Shown piece by piece: positions 28,677 to 42,461 of a stretch of DNA of 64,000 nt. The number at the start of each line of letters is the position of its first letter. The stretch's first letter is position 1. Where the stretch lies: NCBI GenBank assembly GCA_030704615.1, contig CM060732.1:75330001-75394000 (forward strand). Reading direction: 5' to 3'. The stretch comes from Takakia lepidozioides (lineage: Eukaryota; Plantae; Bryophyta). The position numbers and the translations under genes were made by a program. The notes under the pieces were generated by a model. It made no database searches. It saw only the letters and a program-made list of their open reading frames with translations, and was not told the DNA's origin.

Positions 28677-29753
28677 ATGGAGGAGATTTGGAGCAGGCTC
28701 CCATTCGAGTTAGTGATGGTAGTGTTGGCCCTTTTGCCCTATCGAAGTCTTGTCCGCTTTCAATCGGTTTGCAAGTTATGGAATTCTCTCCCATCGACCG
28801 CTAGTTTCCAACAACTCCGTCAGCAACTCCCTCTTCACGAAGACTCCCATCTCTTGTCTTTTGGCAGATGCCCACATGTTTGCATGTTGTATACCCCCAC
28901 AACTCGACGCTGGCACAAAATCGGCCTGAAACTCCCGAAGGATAATTCAGTACATAGTGTTGCTGCTACAGATGGAGGCTTATTTCTTTGCACAACGGAC
29001 AAGCGCTGCGCTGACGTATCATGGATTGTGTTCAATCCTCTCTTGAACAGTTCCAGACAATTGCCTGCCCCCAACTCAACAAATATCGGGTTTGTGGACA
29101 GGGTGCACTTGATTGTGGATAGACGCAGCAAGACCAACAAGATCATTGTGATATCACAAATGGACGCCAGTGTGTCACCCCGGAGAACACACATGTATGA
29201 CTCAGTTTGCGAGTGTTGGACCGAGACTGGACCGGCATGTGGTTGGCGGTGGGGTTGGCGGTGTGATGGAAGCGTTATATGTGGCCCCAATCTCTTTGCT
29301 CTGTTACTTGGACCAAAGTATCCTTTGATGGCTTATGACATTGGTGCCGGTACGTGGACTAAAGTTGATATACGCATGCCTAACTTTGGTGAAGATGGTG
29401 ATATTGTTGCTCGAAGGCTTGTAGAGAGTGAGGGGCGCCTGTTTCTAGTTGGGGGTGCTCGTGGTGGAGATGGACGACTTCTGGTAGCAATATGGGAGAT
29501 CAAAGATTCTAACAAGACTGCAGAGTGGGTGGAGATTGCAAGAAGGGAGTTCGTAACAAGGGCCCACCTGTATCACTATTTTGAGGTGGTGAGCCATGAT
29601 AATCTCATATTCATTTGGACTGACAAATCCAATCCAATTCTGGTGTATGACATGAAGCAACACATATGGACATCTGACTTACAAACTGGGACTAAGGAAT
29701 GCCATAGTGTTAAGGGTTTTGTTAGCGGTCTTAGTTTAGGTGCAAAAGTCTAG
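28677..29753 (+). CDS. F-box / kelch-like repeat protein, intronless
   Basis: MEEIWSRLPFELVMVVLALLPYRSLVRFQSVCKLWNSL F-box motif followed by propeller-type repeats (GGLFLC, VFNPL, YDS...W, LVESEGRLFLVGG). Confidence 0.85.
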   Translation: MEEIWSRLPFELVMVVLALLPYRSLVRFQSVCKLWNSLPSTASFQQLRQQLPLHEDSHLLSFGRCPHVCMLYTPTTRRWHKIGLKLPKDNSVHSVAATDGGLFLCTTDKRCADVSWIVFNPLLNSSRQLPAPNSTNIGFVDRVHLIVDRRSKTNKIIVISQMDASVSPRRTHMYDSVCECWTETGPACGWRWGWRCDGSVICGPNLFALLLGPKYPLMAYDIGAGTWTKVDIRMPNFGEDGDIVARRLVESEGRLFLVGGARGGDGRLLVAIWEIKDSNKTAEWVEIARREFVTRAHLYHYFEVVSHDNLIFIWTDKSNPILVYDMKQHIWTSDLQTGTKECHSVKGFVSGLSLGAKV

Positions 29754-30606
29754 ACAAGTTTGATTTTTATTTGGCCCACTACCCAAAGGGTTTTGATGCT
29801 TAGCACCGATACTGTGCGATTAAGCTCCGAGTTAGATCGAGACAAGTGTCACTATAGAATATTTTGTCCGTATTTCTAATGAATGACATCCCCTGGATCA
29901 ACAGTTTCATGGTCACAGCGACTTCAACTTCTTGTTCGTCCCAAATCATTACGTTCCAAGTCTGTTTACAAGGAAAAGAAGTTGCCATGACGGCTAGCTC
30001 TTTCATTTGCACTGGGAAAGTTCAGACAATATACTAGAAATACTAGGAATTATGTCGACAGCATGACAGGAAACATATGTACTGTTTACCAAAAACCCGT
30101 CTGCAATGCACACCAAATATCCAGACACAGTAAGTTTGATCAGTGTAGGAGGAATGAGGGTCTGATGGTACAATCCATGATAGTACATGGTGGACACCAT
30201 CGTGGAAAAGCCAGGCAGCACTGAAACTCACTTTTGTGCCAAAAGCTAATTTGTATTCCAGAAAACATAACGTTTGATCGGGGTACGAGGAGTTGAGGGT
30301 CTGATGTAAAAGCTATGGTAGTACAACATGCAGAAGCCAGGGTGCAGCTGCAAAACTCAATTTTGAGCTGACAGCTAATTTTCTTCCAAAATCAGTCCTA
30401 GTCTTACACACCACTTTGCTCTCTCCGCAGGTGCCATTTCATACACTGCAATAGGAAATTTATCTCTCGAGGCCTGTGGCCTGTGCCTTCCAGTGCCTGT
30501 GCCTTTTGCCTGTGCAAAATCTGTGGGACTCCATATGCATCACTAGATCTTTCTTCTTTCTTCCGCACCAGGATCAACAGATCATCACTCCCTCCGAAGT
30601 CACACA

Positions 30607-33600
30607 TTAATGTGGACTTGTATCAGAGAGGGTCCGAAGGTGCACCTCCTGGGGAGGAAGGTGATACTCAATGTCAAGCTCCTCAGAGAGCTTCTTCATC
30701 TCAAACAGCAGCTCAGAACGGCGTGCTACTTTCTCACCAAAGTTTTGGTGGTTCATGGTATGTGAGAGGCCTAATGAGAGCTTCAATCTCCCTGCCTCTG
30801 CAATATCCAGCACCACCAAGCTGTAGTCCTTGCTCCAGTGTTGTGGCTTGCTGTGTATGTACCTGCCAAGACAATCCTGCAAATGTCTTTATCTGGTGTC
30901 TGCAAAATTGAAGATTTGACCCTTGACCAGAGTAGGATCTGTGCTTCCCCCAATTTCACCTTTCTAACATGATATCTAGTTTGTCATTTTACAGCTCATA
31001 TTCAGCTAGCTGGTCATGCTGTCTACAATGCAGGGATGGTTAAGAGAAGGACATCTACCTGCCAATCCTCTCTTTAAGTGCAGAGATCTTTTCGACCGGA
31101 GTTGATGAATGCACAACAAAATCGAAGTTGTCACCCATCTCTGGACTGCGGTAGAAGTTCTGAATGGGCTTAGTGGCAAGGAGGGAGTTGGGGAACCACA
31201 CTTTGACATTGGCATCTCCCAAAAACACAGTTGTCAAAATATTCATCTCCTCCACCACATACTGCCACACGTACAGTTAGTGTTATATGAGACAAGATCT
31301 AGCAAGTGTGCCCTGGTCCACACACATCAACACAAACACATTGTGGGCCGGCCCTACATAGGCCCTACATAGGCCCTACATCCCCAGAGTTCTTTGTTTA
31401 CAGAGAAGATGAAGATAGCACAAAGCAAAAGTAGTAAAACTGCAAAATCCCCAGGTGGCAGAGACTAGATGACTTGAAAGTACCTGGACATTGTCAATTA
31501 CACAGCGGTCGCCAACATCAAAGGGGTGCATGACAAAGAGGAAGATGATGGCCTCAAACACAGTTTTGCAGGTGTTTCCAAATACAAACACTATGAGCAA
31601 CAGCTGTGATGACACAAAGAGCAGCAGGTGTGTAGTGGCGATGCCCAGCACCAGCAACCATATGATTATCACAATCAGGACCAACACCCCATCTAACATG
31701 CGGTGCAATTTGTTCACAGCTGTCTTTGTGTCACTCAATGACAACGCCAACGCCCGTCTTTCCCTATACACATGCACCTGCCACATCACGACACAGTCAG
31801 ATGATTGCAAGTGCACACATGTTAAAAGAGATGAGTAACATTTCTTTAACAGGGAAGAAGGGGACTGGATTCTCTCGAAAAGACGGTTCAATTGCAGTCA
31901 CCAATATCAAGCTTGGCAACAGCCAACAGTTGTGACTGCTCGCCGTCCATTAATGGGTAAGAACATTAGTGCTCAGAGCTAATGATGCCTGCAGTAGTAA
32001 GGTGCTTTGCCAACCTAAGAACCCATGTGCGACCACACAAGGAATACATCTGTGACAGGGGAAGAAGAGAGAGAAAGTACCACCCAATCCTTCAGAGCTT
32101 GGCGGGTGATTTGGCCAGCCTCTGTGGCACCATCAAAAAGAGCAAGTGCTCGATGAGCCTCCTCCTCCAGCATAAAGCGCATCAAATCATCTTCGTCAAT
32201 GAACCTGCCACTCACATAATTGCCAACCCCCTGTCTTAGATCATGGCTTGTGGGTCCACCAGATCCAAGTTGCAGCGAAGAATTCCGTCAGCCTCTCAAT
32301 CATCACGAAACTTGGACAAGCAGCTCAACAGAATGACAATGAGCACGAGGAGGAAGTCTAGTTTTGAGTTATCCAGGGTCCACACAGCAATGGCCAGGTA
32401 CACGGTCAACCGACTTAGCACAAAAGCTACAATTTAGACAAGCATGGTTCAGAACATTCATTCAATATACCATCGGCACCAAAATGTGCAGAGAGTACAC
32501 CACCATGCAGTGTAGCCATAGACAAGCTATATACCCCTTTAGACATAGGTGATTTCCCAGAGCACTGTAACAGTCAGATTATGATCTCAGGTAGGAGCAA
32601 GTCTCGCACTCAACCTTTTCATGATATTAGTGAGAGTGGCAACAGCAAGCAACAATTTGCATCATCCAATAGAAGAACAAATATAGGTGGCTAATGCTTG
32701 GAATTAAAACGTGGGTGGAAGTAAAGGGTGCTCATACTTGACTCCACGTTTTGCAACATTGTTGAAAATCTGCTTGGCAGCAGCCTTAGCCTGCCACTCA
32801 CTCTTGATTTCAGTATCCACGCCCTGCTCCTCAGTCTGTACACTTTGATCGATGGTCCGAGTGAGGGTAGCAACACCGGTGTGCTTTACCAGATTGATGA
32901 GCCGCTTCATGTTCCAGGCTGACACATTCTTCCGATTCAGCTTGTGCAAATTTTGAATACTGATGCCCGTCCCCGACTTGCCCTCTCCAGGATCTACGCC
33001 ACTTCTCCTCATCGACCCCTTCAATGCTCCACTGTGCAAAACGACAGTTGGATCTGGCAGCCCCGGGCCGATTGCGCCTGCCTTCCTCAGCCCAGCTATT
33101 TCATCGGCCAGCTTCTGATCCTCGTCAAGATTTTGTTGTATTTCGACCATTGGGGGCCCCGACAAGGTCTCCAATATATATTGATTGAAAAGAGAGTCCC
33201 GAATGCGCTCAAAGTAAGTGCCGACATGGAAGGAGGATGCAAGCACCTTCACCAGAAAAATCTTGACCACAAACAGCACAGCAGCAATGAGAAAGCACTC
33301 CAGCACTTTCGTGACATACAGCAGTGCCTTGTTGGTCCTGTCCACTCGAGGATCAAACATGAAATGCCATGCCATTAGCACCAATGCAAGCCAAAGAATA
33401 TATTTCACGCCACGGCGCAGTGCATACACAAAGTAGAGCACGCGCTTGCGAAGCAGAAAATTGCGCTCGAGGAAGAAGACCAACAATCGAATCACCCAAC
33501 TTGAAACCAGACGCCCACAAAGCACAACCAGTAGCAACAGTGCCCACTTCCATAGATCCAGCCCCCACAACCCCACACGACGCAGTCGCGGAATGGCTTT

Positions 33601-34863
33601 GCTGCACGCTAGTGCTCCCAGGATTATGAGCAGTGCCGTCCACTCCGAAAGTGACAACCAGCTCCAGTGGTGAGAACCAAATCCCTCTGGAAAGTCTGAA
33701 TCCTTGAATGGATCTTCCTCTTCGTCCTCCTCCACGCGTCCCAGCAGCCCCGTGCGCGGAATTATCCCTGATCGCATCTGCTGAGACTTGAGCTGTCCTG
33801 ACTTCAGTTGTCCTGATTTGAGCTGCCCAGATTTTAGCTGTCCTGATTTGGACCACCCAGAGTGAGTGCGCCCTCCTGATCCTGACTCTGAATTATCACG
33901 ATAAGGACGTGGAGGTTCTGAGAATCGTGATTTCATGCGATTGAGGGTGACGCCCACCTTTGATGGAGACTTCACAATGTTCTCTGCAGGTCTTTCTATG
34001 CCCACGCTGCGGCGTGTGCGACCACCAGACCCCGGATGATCATTGTCACCTGCAGTTTGTGCCCTGCTCGCTGCCATGCCAATAGCAGGCTCAAAGCAGC
34101 TTCTATACACGGGTGCTCCCTCAACAGCCGACGAAACTGTAGGATTCACAAAAGGGTGGGCAGAGTTGGATTGGAGCTGATCTGCAGGAGACGGAGCGTT
34201 CGTTAGTAACGAAGGAGCTGAAGAAGAGGTTGTGTCGGACCCGGTTTGGGAGAAACCACTGCAAGAGCTGGCGCCGGACGCATCTTTGCTCATGCTCAAG
34301 CCTGAAGATTCAGAGTGCGAATAAAGCTCTGTCTCAGTCACGTTTGACAGGGGCAGTTTCAGTGGCAGTTCCTGCAGTGACAGATCCTCCAGGTCCATGT
34401 CCAGCGAGTTGCCACCGCTCGCCTTTTGCCTGTGCAGGAATTTGCCAATCAACTGGGATGGAGGGTCGGTTGCCACTTTGTAGTCAAAACTCTTTGCTCT
34501 CCGCTCATGAGAATCTTGTTTACTTCCCAACTGAGCGCCTGACTCCCTGCATCTCTCGGTGTCCTTGTCACCACGAAAATCATAGCTGCAGTCTCGCCAT
34601 ATCCCCTCCCTAGCACCTCGATCCTGCACTCCACTTTTATCCTCCAGTCCAATACGCTCATCAGCGATGCGCTTGCTGTCGTAACCATTGGCTGACCGGC
34701 TAGCTAAGGTCCTGTGAGGACCGCCTCCGCTACCCCGGCTGTCATGTTCATCAATCCTCAACACAAAGTCCTTCCTTGCATCTTCGGAGCTAACGTGGTT
34801 CTCTGGATGAGCTTCCCTAAGCTGCCGATAGTTGTTGCTCCGCAAAGACATGAGCTTCTCCAT
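30607..34863 (-). CDS. MSL: MscS-like mechanosensitive ion channel (MSL4-10 group)
   Basis: Exons approx. 34863-32740, 32204-32083, 31776-31484, 31258-31059, 30861-30607. Motifs LRKRVLYFVY, ASSFHV.TYFERI, VSAWNMKRL, FLFVMHPFDVGDRC, VVEEMNILTTVFL, NFYRSPEMGD. Confidence 0.93.
33790..33849 (-). repeat. 15-bp coding tandem repeat encoding (KSGQL)x4 in the MSL N-terminus
   Basis: Translation KSGQLKSGQLKSGQLKSGQL. Confidence 0.85.
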
Positions 34864-36598
34864 GACAATATTCAAACTGCTGCCGGCGGTATAAGACAGG
34901 AAAGAAGTCCTGAGCAGGAGCTGTGTCCTATAAAACAGCACTTCCAGGCGTTGGAATAACGATGTAAGTGTCTACAATATGCGCGCTTGCCACCAGATTG
35001 TTGCTTCTAACGACGGAGCAGGCCTAAGTAGATGAGCTGTACGTACACTGATTCAAGCACGTCCTTTACTGGCAGCTGACATTCTTCGCTATTCCATCCG
35101 TACATGTCACTATGACAGGTAATGCATCTCTTTTGATCATCATACACTGTACTCTACCGAGTCCCCACCTTGATTAATCAAGTCTGCTACTTCCAAAGGA
35201 ATAAACTCAGCGATGTGAACTCATGCATGCATACCGGGGACGTAGAGAGATCAAAACAGAAGCAAAACACATTTAATAACATCCCAAGTCTACTCCCACA
35301 CTCCTGAGAAACACTCCTTGAAGCGCCGGGGAAACTCACAAGCTTAGGCGTACTTCACAAAGTAGAATAGATGGCCACCCTACGACCCCAGTCGATCAAC
35401 ACGCGGCTCAATACAATCTGGATGTCCAAGAAACTCCAGAAAACTCCTCAGAAGCACGTATCAGTGGGCCCCCAAATCTGGCAAACCTGTATTGCGCTCG
35501 ATATATTATCTAGACAGAAACCGTGGATCCAAGAAGCAGATCGATGAGAGTCCAGGAGATCAGCTCAGCTCAGCTCATCCATTGGAAGAGATGGCGACTC
35601 CCCAAGACGCTTCAACTCGGCTCTGCAGCCATCGATCAGCAGAAACTGTGTTCTCAGAACCTCCATAGATCCAGAACCCATGTCGCCAATGTGGCCCCAA
35701 AATCAGGTCCAAGCATCCATATCTGCGCTCGAGCAAAAACGTCAATTCACAAAGAAGACTCCCGAGGAAAGCTGGCGAACACAGCCGCAGTCTAATCTTG
35801 GAGGAGATGATCCCGCCATACACAGCCACGTGCCGGTTCCCGGAGCGTACAGTGCGCTGCCCGCCACTCTAATGACCGGATTTCCCGGTACGCCTTTATG
35901 CGGCGACCGATCGGGTAGGTACGTAGGCCCTGTATTCGCGTTCCGTCAGACAGCAGCACAGAGAGATCGCACAAAGATACAGTCTCGGAGAAGACGACTA
36001 CTCCCTTCCTTCCAATCTTGGCTCTCATCAGTTTCCATTACGATTGTGGCTTGATTCAATCAACGGCAGCCAGTTACATGGTAGCCGAGTGTTTCGAGGA
36101 ATTTCCGAGTTATAATTGAAACCTTAGGAAATCTACCGAGGAAGTTTGCATAGGAAATTGACGACTGTAGTTACCACTGAGGGGAAGCAAGCAGTGTTCA
36201 TGGGCGGGTCCCCTGCCTTGTAGCATTCTGAATGAATACACGATCTACCTACCTACACAGGGTTGATGATTTGCAGAGGTGGGTTAGTTGACCGTGAGGG
36301 GTTTGATGGGGAATTTTACAGGTGCTGGGAAGTGATGTGAAGTGGAGAGGAAGCGAGAAGCAGTCTTTCTCTTGGTGGTTATTAGTGACGTTTGGGGGAT
36401 TGGAGAGAGGGAGAGAGAGATCAATATGTGTGATGGAGGAGACGAGAAAACAGACTCGGAAAGGGCAGCAACGAATGATGATTTGCAGATATGCTTGATC
36501 CTTGAAGCTGGATGATCTTTTTTGTCTTATTGAGGAGCAATCGCTTCTCCAAGTGCACGGGGTGGGTTGTGCTGATTGTCTCTCACACGCTGCTAGGT

Positions 36599-39500
36599 AT
36601 GGCAGCGAGTTCCAGCGGTCTCCTGAGCGCGCATGTGGACTTCACGCCCAAGGGCCTGTGTTCTCGTTTTGGTCATGCGAGATGCTTCGTATCATGCAGC
36701 AGATCAATGGGCTGGGCTGTGGATTTGAATGTGGCATCCCCTTTGGCAATATGCCAAGGAGGGAGTCAGTTGCATGTGGTGGCTATGGCGCCTCCCAAGC
36801 CTTCACGAATGCCAATGAAATTAGGTTCATAAAACCAAACACTTTACCGTTTCTTGTGGGTTTCCTTGCGTTGTATGCACCTAGGATCCAAGCTTGGAAT
36901 TTCCCCTTGACGTATCCAGCAGAAAGTAATTTGGTGGAAGAAGCACAAAGGATTAGTCAAACAAGTAATGGACATCCTTGAAACGTTGGAATCTCTACAA
37001 CCTAGGTCAACGCTGGAGCGTGGGACAGCGCTGGCAGGAGTTCTTTAAACATCCTTCACAATGGTGCGCCTACAGCCTTGACAAGGTGCGCTTTCTTCAT
37101 ATAGAATCTGAAGGGCTCTGTCAGGGGGAGATTTCTTTTTCGTACTATCTTATTTTGTGAACTTGATACCCTAGGTATTGAGTTGAGGTAGAATTTAGAT
37201 GCAAAAGAGGCTCTTCCTGTCAATGGGGTATGTTGTCCTTCCTAAACATGGCTTGAAAGTAGGATGCTCAAGGGTTTTTCCGTGGGGTCTTCAAGGTGCT
37301 TGTGATGGTTGTGGCTTGGTCTTAGTTATAGCTTATTCTGCTCAGATGAACCCTTGTTGTTTTCACAGACCAATCCCAAATCTCCAGACTTCAGACATAA
37401 GCAGTTAACACGAGAGGTCCTGTGGATTGAGGGTTGGTTGAATCCTTCTTGGGTGAAAGAAAAGCTAATGACTATGACACAAGGTCAAGAACAAGCAGGT
37501 GATGGTGGAAGAACATCAAAGGGTGGTTTTAGTTCTGGTGTGGATGGTGGAACTCCTTCAAAGCTTGAAGATGAAGGTGAGTATGACTTCCGATGGGCCT
37601 TGATAGGGGCAGCCTTGTCATGCACAAGCTTGTTTAGCATCTGTAATCCTGGACAAGTTTGTATGTTTCTTATTATGTTACTTCACATAGAGCTGAGATT
37701 GACTCACATGGGTATTGTCAAAAGCTACACGCACACTCCTTTATGCTTTTGGAGTTTCTGGCATGAAGGTCAACCATGGAGCATGGAAGAGCGCCGGCAA
37801 GAGTTCTTTGAATATCCTTCACGATGGTGGCACAACCATGTTGGTGAGGTGTGGCTTTCTTCATGGATGATGTGGAGGATTTTGTCTGCTCTACAAAAGT
37901 CTCTTGTAGTGGTATCATACGTTGTTCTTCCTAAGTGGGCCCTGAAAAATCATTGCCCAAAGGCTTCTCAGGATGTTTACAAGGTTACTTGGGAGGGTCA
38001 GCTTGGTCATAGGAGACTGTTTACAACCATGGCTGCTCAGCTGCACCCTGGCAGATTTCACAGACCAGTCCAAGATCACCGGACTACAGACACAAGCAGC
38101 ATGCACAAGAGGTCCTTTGGATTGAGTGTTGGAATCCTCCTTGGGTGAGAGAAACGGTAGCTGCTTCCATGAGCCATTGTCAAGCACAATGTGGTGAGGT
38201 CGCCATCTTTTCAACACGTTTAGGCTTGTTTTCTTGTTGTTTCAGATTCCTCCCTACTTTTGCATTATAGGTTGTCAGTTTATCTATTCCGTTCTCAGTG
38301 CTTTTGACATGTTACCTCCACTGGGATTGCAGGCAGTTATCCGAGAACTGAAAATAGACACCAGGAGAAGCTTTGGAATAAATACTGTTTATACCCCAAT
38401 CAGTGGTTGGACAATCGAGGCAGGCAGGTGAATGTCTGTCATGTTACAGCAGAAACTGACAACAAGATACACTGAAAAAAAAATCTTGCAAATTGTCTCC
38501 CTCCCTCTCTCCTCTAACACATTTTTACGCACCTGACAGCATTTCAGCCTTATCAGAAACTAGTTTGTGGTAAGTAGGGTTGGTAGGTGCATTTTAGGTT
38601 GTGATCGTCACCTACAAGCTGCAGGGAGGGGGGCGGGGTCTATGCATTATTGTTATCAAGTGAGCAATAGCTGAAGGAGGAAGGGACTAAGTGTGGGTCC
38701 AGATCCATCCAAGAGGGCCAGATCTCAAGCACAAGAGTACCACTGAGCAACCTTGGATTGATAGCCACAAGGCACCTGCATGTGTAGATGGTGATCTGGA
38801 AGCAGCAGCAGTGCAGTTGATAAAGTCAGGTAGATCCTCCATGACCACCCTTTCTGAAAGAGGACCAAGAGAGGGAGTGTATAAGATCTCTTCTGGTGCT
38901 TGTGGATATGTGAGGACGCTATGTGAGGCAGGACAACTGAACGAGGCTGTGCATATGCTGGAGGAAGGAGGCTTTCTGGCAGACTTAACTACCTATGTCT
39001 GTCTGTTGGATAAGTGCATCAAGATGAAAGGCCTAGCAGCAGGAAAGCAGGTGCATGCCCACATTATCCAAAGTGGATTCAAGCCAAATGTGTTTATGCA
39101 CAACACCCTTGTCAACATGTATGTCAAGTGTGGGAGCATCATGGATGCGCACAAAGTGTTTGACAACATGCCTGTACGAAATATGTTTTCGTGGAGTATA
39201 ATGATGGCAGGATATACCAAACATGGGTGTGGTAGGAATGCCTTTGAGACCTATGACCAAATGATACAGGAAGGGGTGACACCTGACCAGGTTATGTTCG
39301 TTTGCGTTCTCAAGGCGTGCACTGGCCTTGCAGCCCTGGAAAAGGGCAAAGAGGTCCATGCTCACATTATTAGAGCTGGAATTGTACCAAATCTGATTCT
39401 GAACACTCCCCTTGTGGACATGTATGCCAAATGTGGGAGCATCGAGGATGCAGAGGAGGTGTTTGACAATATGGTTGAACGAAATGTGGTCTCATGGAGT

Positions 39501-40978
39501 GCAATGATCTCAGGATATAACCAGCATGGGTGCGGGATGGAGGCTTTGGAGATGAACAAATGATGCTGGAAGGGGTCAAGCCCAACCAGGTCACATTTGT
39601 TTGTGTTTGCAACGCGTGTGCGAGCTTGGCAGCCCTGGAAAAGGGCGTGAAAGCTGGAATTGTACCAGATATTATTCTAGACAATACCCATGTGGACATG
39701 TATGCCAAATGTGGCAGCATGGAGGCTGCAAAGTTGGTGTTCAAGAAAATGGCTGAACGAGATGTGGTTTCATGGAGTTGATGATTGCAGGTTACACCCA
39801 GCATGGGAACGGAATGGAAGCTTTGCAGATTTATGAGCAAATGATGCAGGAAGGGTGACGCCCAACCAGGTTACATATGTTTGTGTTTGCAATGCGTGTG
39901 CGAGCCTGGCAGCCCTGGAGAAGGGCAAAGAGGTCCATGCTGACATCATGAAAGCTGGAATAGTACCAAATGTCATTCTTGACAATACCCTCATGGACAT
40001 GTATGCCAAATGTGGGAGCATTGAGGATGCAAAGGAAGTGTTTGACGATATGTCTGAACGAGATGTGGTCTCATGGAATTCCATGATTGCAGGATATGGT
40101 TGTCATAGGGAGGCCCTGGAACTATTTGAAGGAATGCAAAAGAAAGGCTTGAAGCCAGACAGTATCACCTTTGTGTCTGTTCTCTCTGCATGTAGCCATG
40201 TTGGCCTAGTAGATGAAGGCAAACACTACTTTGATTCCTTGAGTAAAGATCATGGCCTCACTCCAACAATGGAGCACTCTGTATGCATGGTGGACCTTTT
40301 TGGCCGCGCGGGGCAATTGGATGAGGCAGAGGGTTTCATTAACAAAAGGGCAAGCAAATTCAATGCTGTGGTGTGGAAGGCTTTGCTTGGTGCCAGCAGA
40401 ATTCATGGTAATGTAGAGGTTGCTGAACGTGCGGCCAAATCTATCCTCAAGTGGGATCCACAGGATGCTGGAACTTATGTGTTGCTATCAAATATCTATG
40501 CTGCAGCTGGTAGGTGGGATGACACTGCAAAGGTGAGAAAAATGATGTTTCTCAAAGGTGTCAGAAAGGAGCGAGGTCACTGCTGCATTGAGGTTGGTAA
40601 TAGGGTGCACACCTTTGTTGTAGATGACAAATCGCATCCACAAATTGAGGAAATTCATGCTGAGCTGAGAAGCTTGGCTAGGCAGATGAAGGAGGCAGGG
40701 TACATGCCTGAAACCGCTTTGTGTTGCATGATGTGGAGGAGGAGCAAAAGGAATTTTCACTTTGCCACCACAGTGAGAAGCTAGCCATTGCTTTTGGACT
40801 GATCAGCATGGCTCCTGGGACACCTCTCCGTGTTATCAAGAACCTTCGGGTGTGTGGTGACTGCCACACAGCCACGAAGTTCATCTCAAAGATTGTTGGG
40901 CGACCAATTGTTGTACGGGATGCCAACCGTTTTCACCATTTTGAAGATGGGGTTTGTTCCTGTGGGGAGTACTGGTGA
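36599..40978 (+). pseudogene. Putative transit peptide + 3x OSB-type PDF motif + PLS-PPR + E + DYW fusion gene, 3' half disrupted
   Basis: Exons 36599-36824, 37006-37085, 37369-37576, 37769-37848, 38064-38193, 38333-38427, 38703-40978 join with GT-AG and matching phases. PDF-like motifs: WQEFFKHPSQW.../TNPKSPDFRHK...LWI, QEFFEYPSRWWHN/SPRSPDYRHK...LWI, LWNKYCLYPNQWLDNR/HPRGPDLKHK...PWI. PPRs (LVDMYAKCGSIEDA), then HSEKLA, CGDCH, terminal GEYW. Frameshifts near 39550, 39780-39850 and 40712. Confidence 0.8.
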
Positions 40979-41829
40979 TATGATGTTTGTCTGGTCAAGT
41001 GTCTTGCAGCTATTCTGTTGATTGACAGTTCTCTGGGACTCTTGGCAATGACATACTATTGAGGGCATTTCCTCTCTGGATTATCAAACCCTCCCAGAGC
41101 CATTTGTGTGGCCATGAGGAGGTAGAACACAGCAAAATGACAGCTAGGGAGGATTGTATTTCAGATTTATACTTCTATGTGTATACAACCATCTCTGTGT
41201 CAGGCCTTGACATATGGATCTTTCACAGCTGACACCTATCTGGTTACAAGGAATTGGATGTTGGCTCAAGGGCAGGCATTGAAAGCACACTAGGGATAGA
41301 AATCAGCACACTGAAGAGACACAGGATGAGGAGAGGCGTTTTACAGCGACTATGCCAAGTCCCACAAAAAGCTTTCTGAACTGGGCTGCAAGGAAACTTC
41401 AGCAGCATTCGCAGCTCAGTCTACCAGCAGCAAGTCAGCCATTGAGGCATACCAAAGCACAGCTGCCATAATAGGACAGGCCTCCGTGGGTGTGGTGGTT
41501 GCACTTAGCTATTTCTATGAGGCCAAGAGAAAAATCCTCAAGTAATTAGGAGATGGGAGATTCTACTTGGTGTCCTTGCAGACCCTATTCATTGAAGGCA
41601 TGTCCATATTCTTTTGGTTGGCTGGGAAAGTGGCAGCTCTCACAACATTCCGGGTTGGCTTGACGCTCCTTGTATGGAGATGGGCCAAAGCCGCACTCCA
41701 AAGAACAAAGCAACAACTCGTCAGTCGAATAACTTGATGTGTGACTCTGCATCACATACTCCATTTTTTTTTTGTTTTTTTTTCTTACATGGGGGGAAAT
41801 GCCATGTAATTCATATTAAAAGGAGCGCT

Positions 41830-42461
41830 AGAAAAACTAACCAGGACCGGGGGCCATGCGTCTGGCCATTCTGTATCAAATTGCGCGAGAATGGCTGTCA
41901 GGCTGAAGCCAGTCAAGCCTCCCTGCCTGAGAGAAGGGTGTCAAACCATCTATTGTGAATGGCAGAAGAGATTAGCAGCTAGCCAGCAGCAAGTCTATTG
42001 TGGTGCAAAGGGAAAGAACTATAATCTTTATAAGAGCCCTCGTATGCGTTACCGGCGAGCCAGACATCCTACACAACATGTAGTTAGACTCTGAACCCAT
42101 TGCCTCTGAGGCTGCTAGATGGGCTACTTGAGAGAGGCCGGGTCTGCGCGAAATATAGGTCATCCCAACCTCGAGGGGGAGTTTGAAAGAGATACTCCCA
42201 TAGACATCCCTAGGCCTTCCGGATGGAATATTGCCAGGCGATGAAGCCCCCATGTTCAAATGTCGATTGCTTCCCTCCCTGAACCAACCAGCGCAAGTTT
42301 GGTGTCCATAGCGGACTGGAGGACGGAGATGTTTGAGATATGTCTCTAGAGCAGAAATTTGCATGGGCCCGCAGAGGGTAGGAACAACCCGGGGATCCAT
42401 TTACCCGTGAGAGCTCTTATTTCTTTTCACTATCCAGGATACTCACACCACCCTCCTTTTT
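41830..42461 (-). mobile_element. L1-type LINE ORF2 3' fragment (inverted half)
   Basis: Minus strand begins KKEGGVSILD...RALTGKWIP, which directly continues the plus-strand fragment ending ...LCRKKKE at 43556. Confidence 0.6.
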
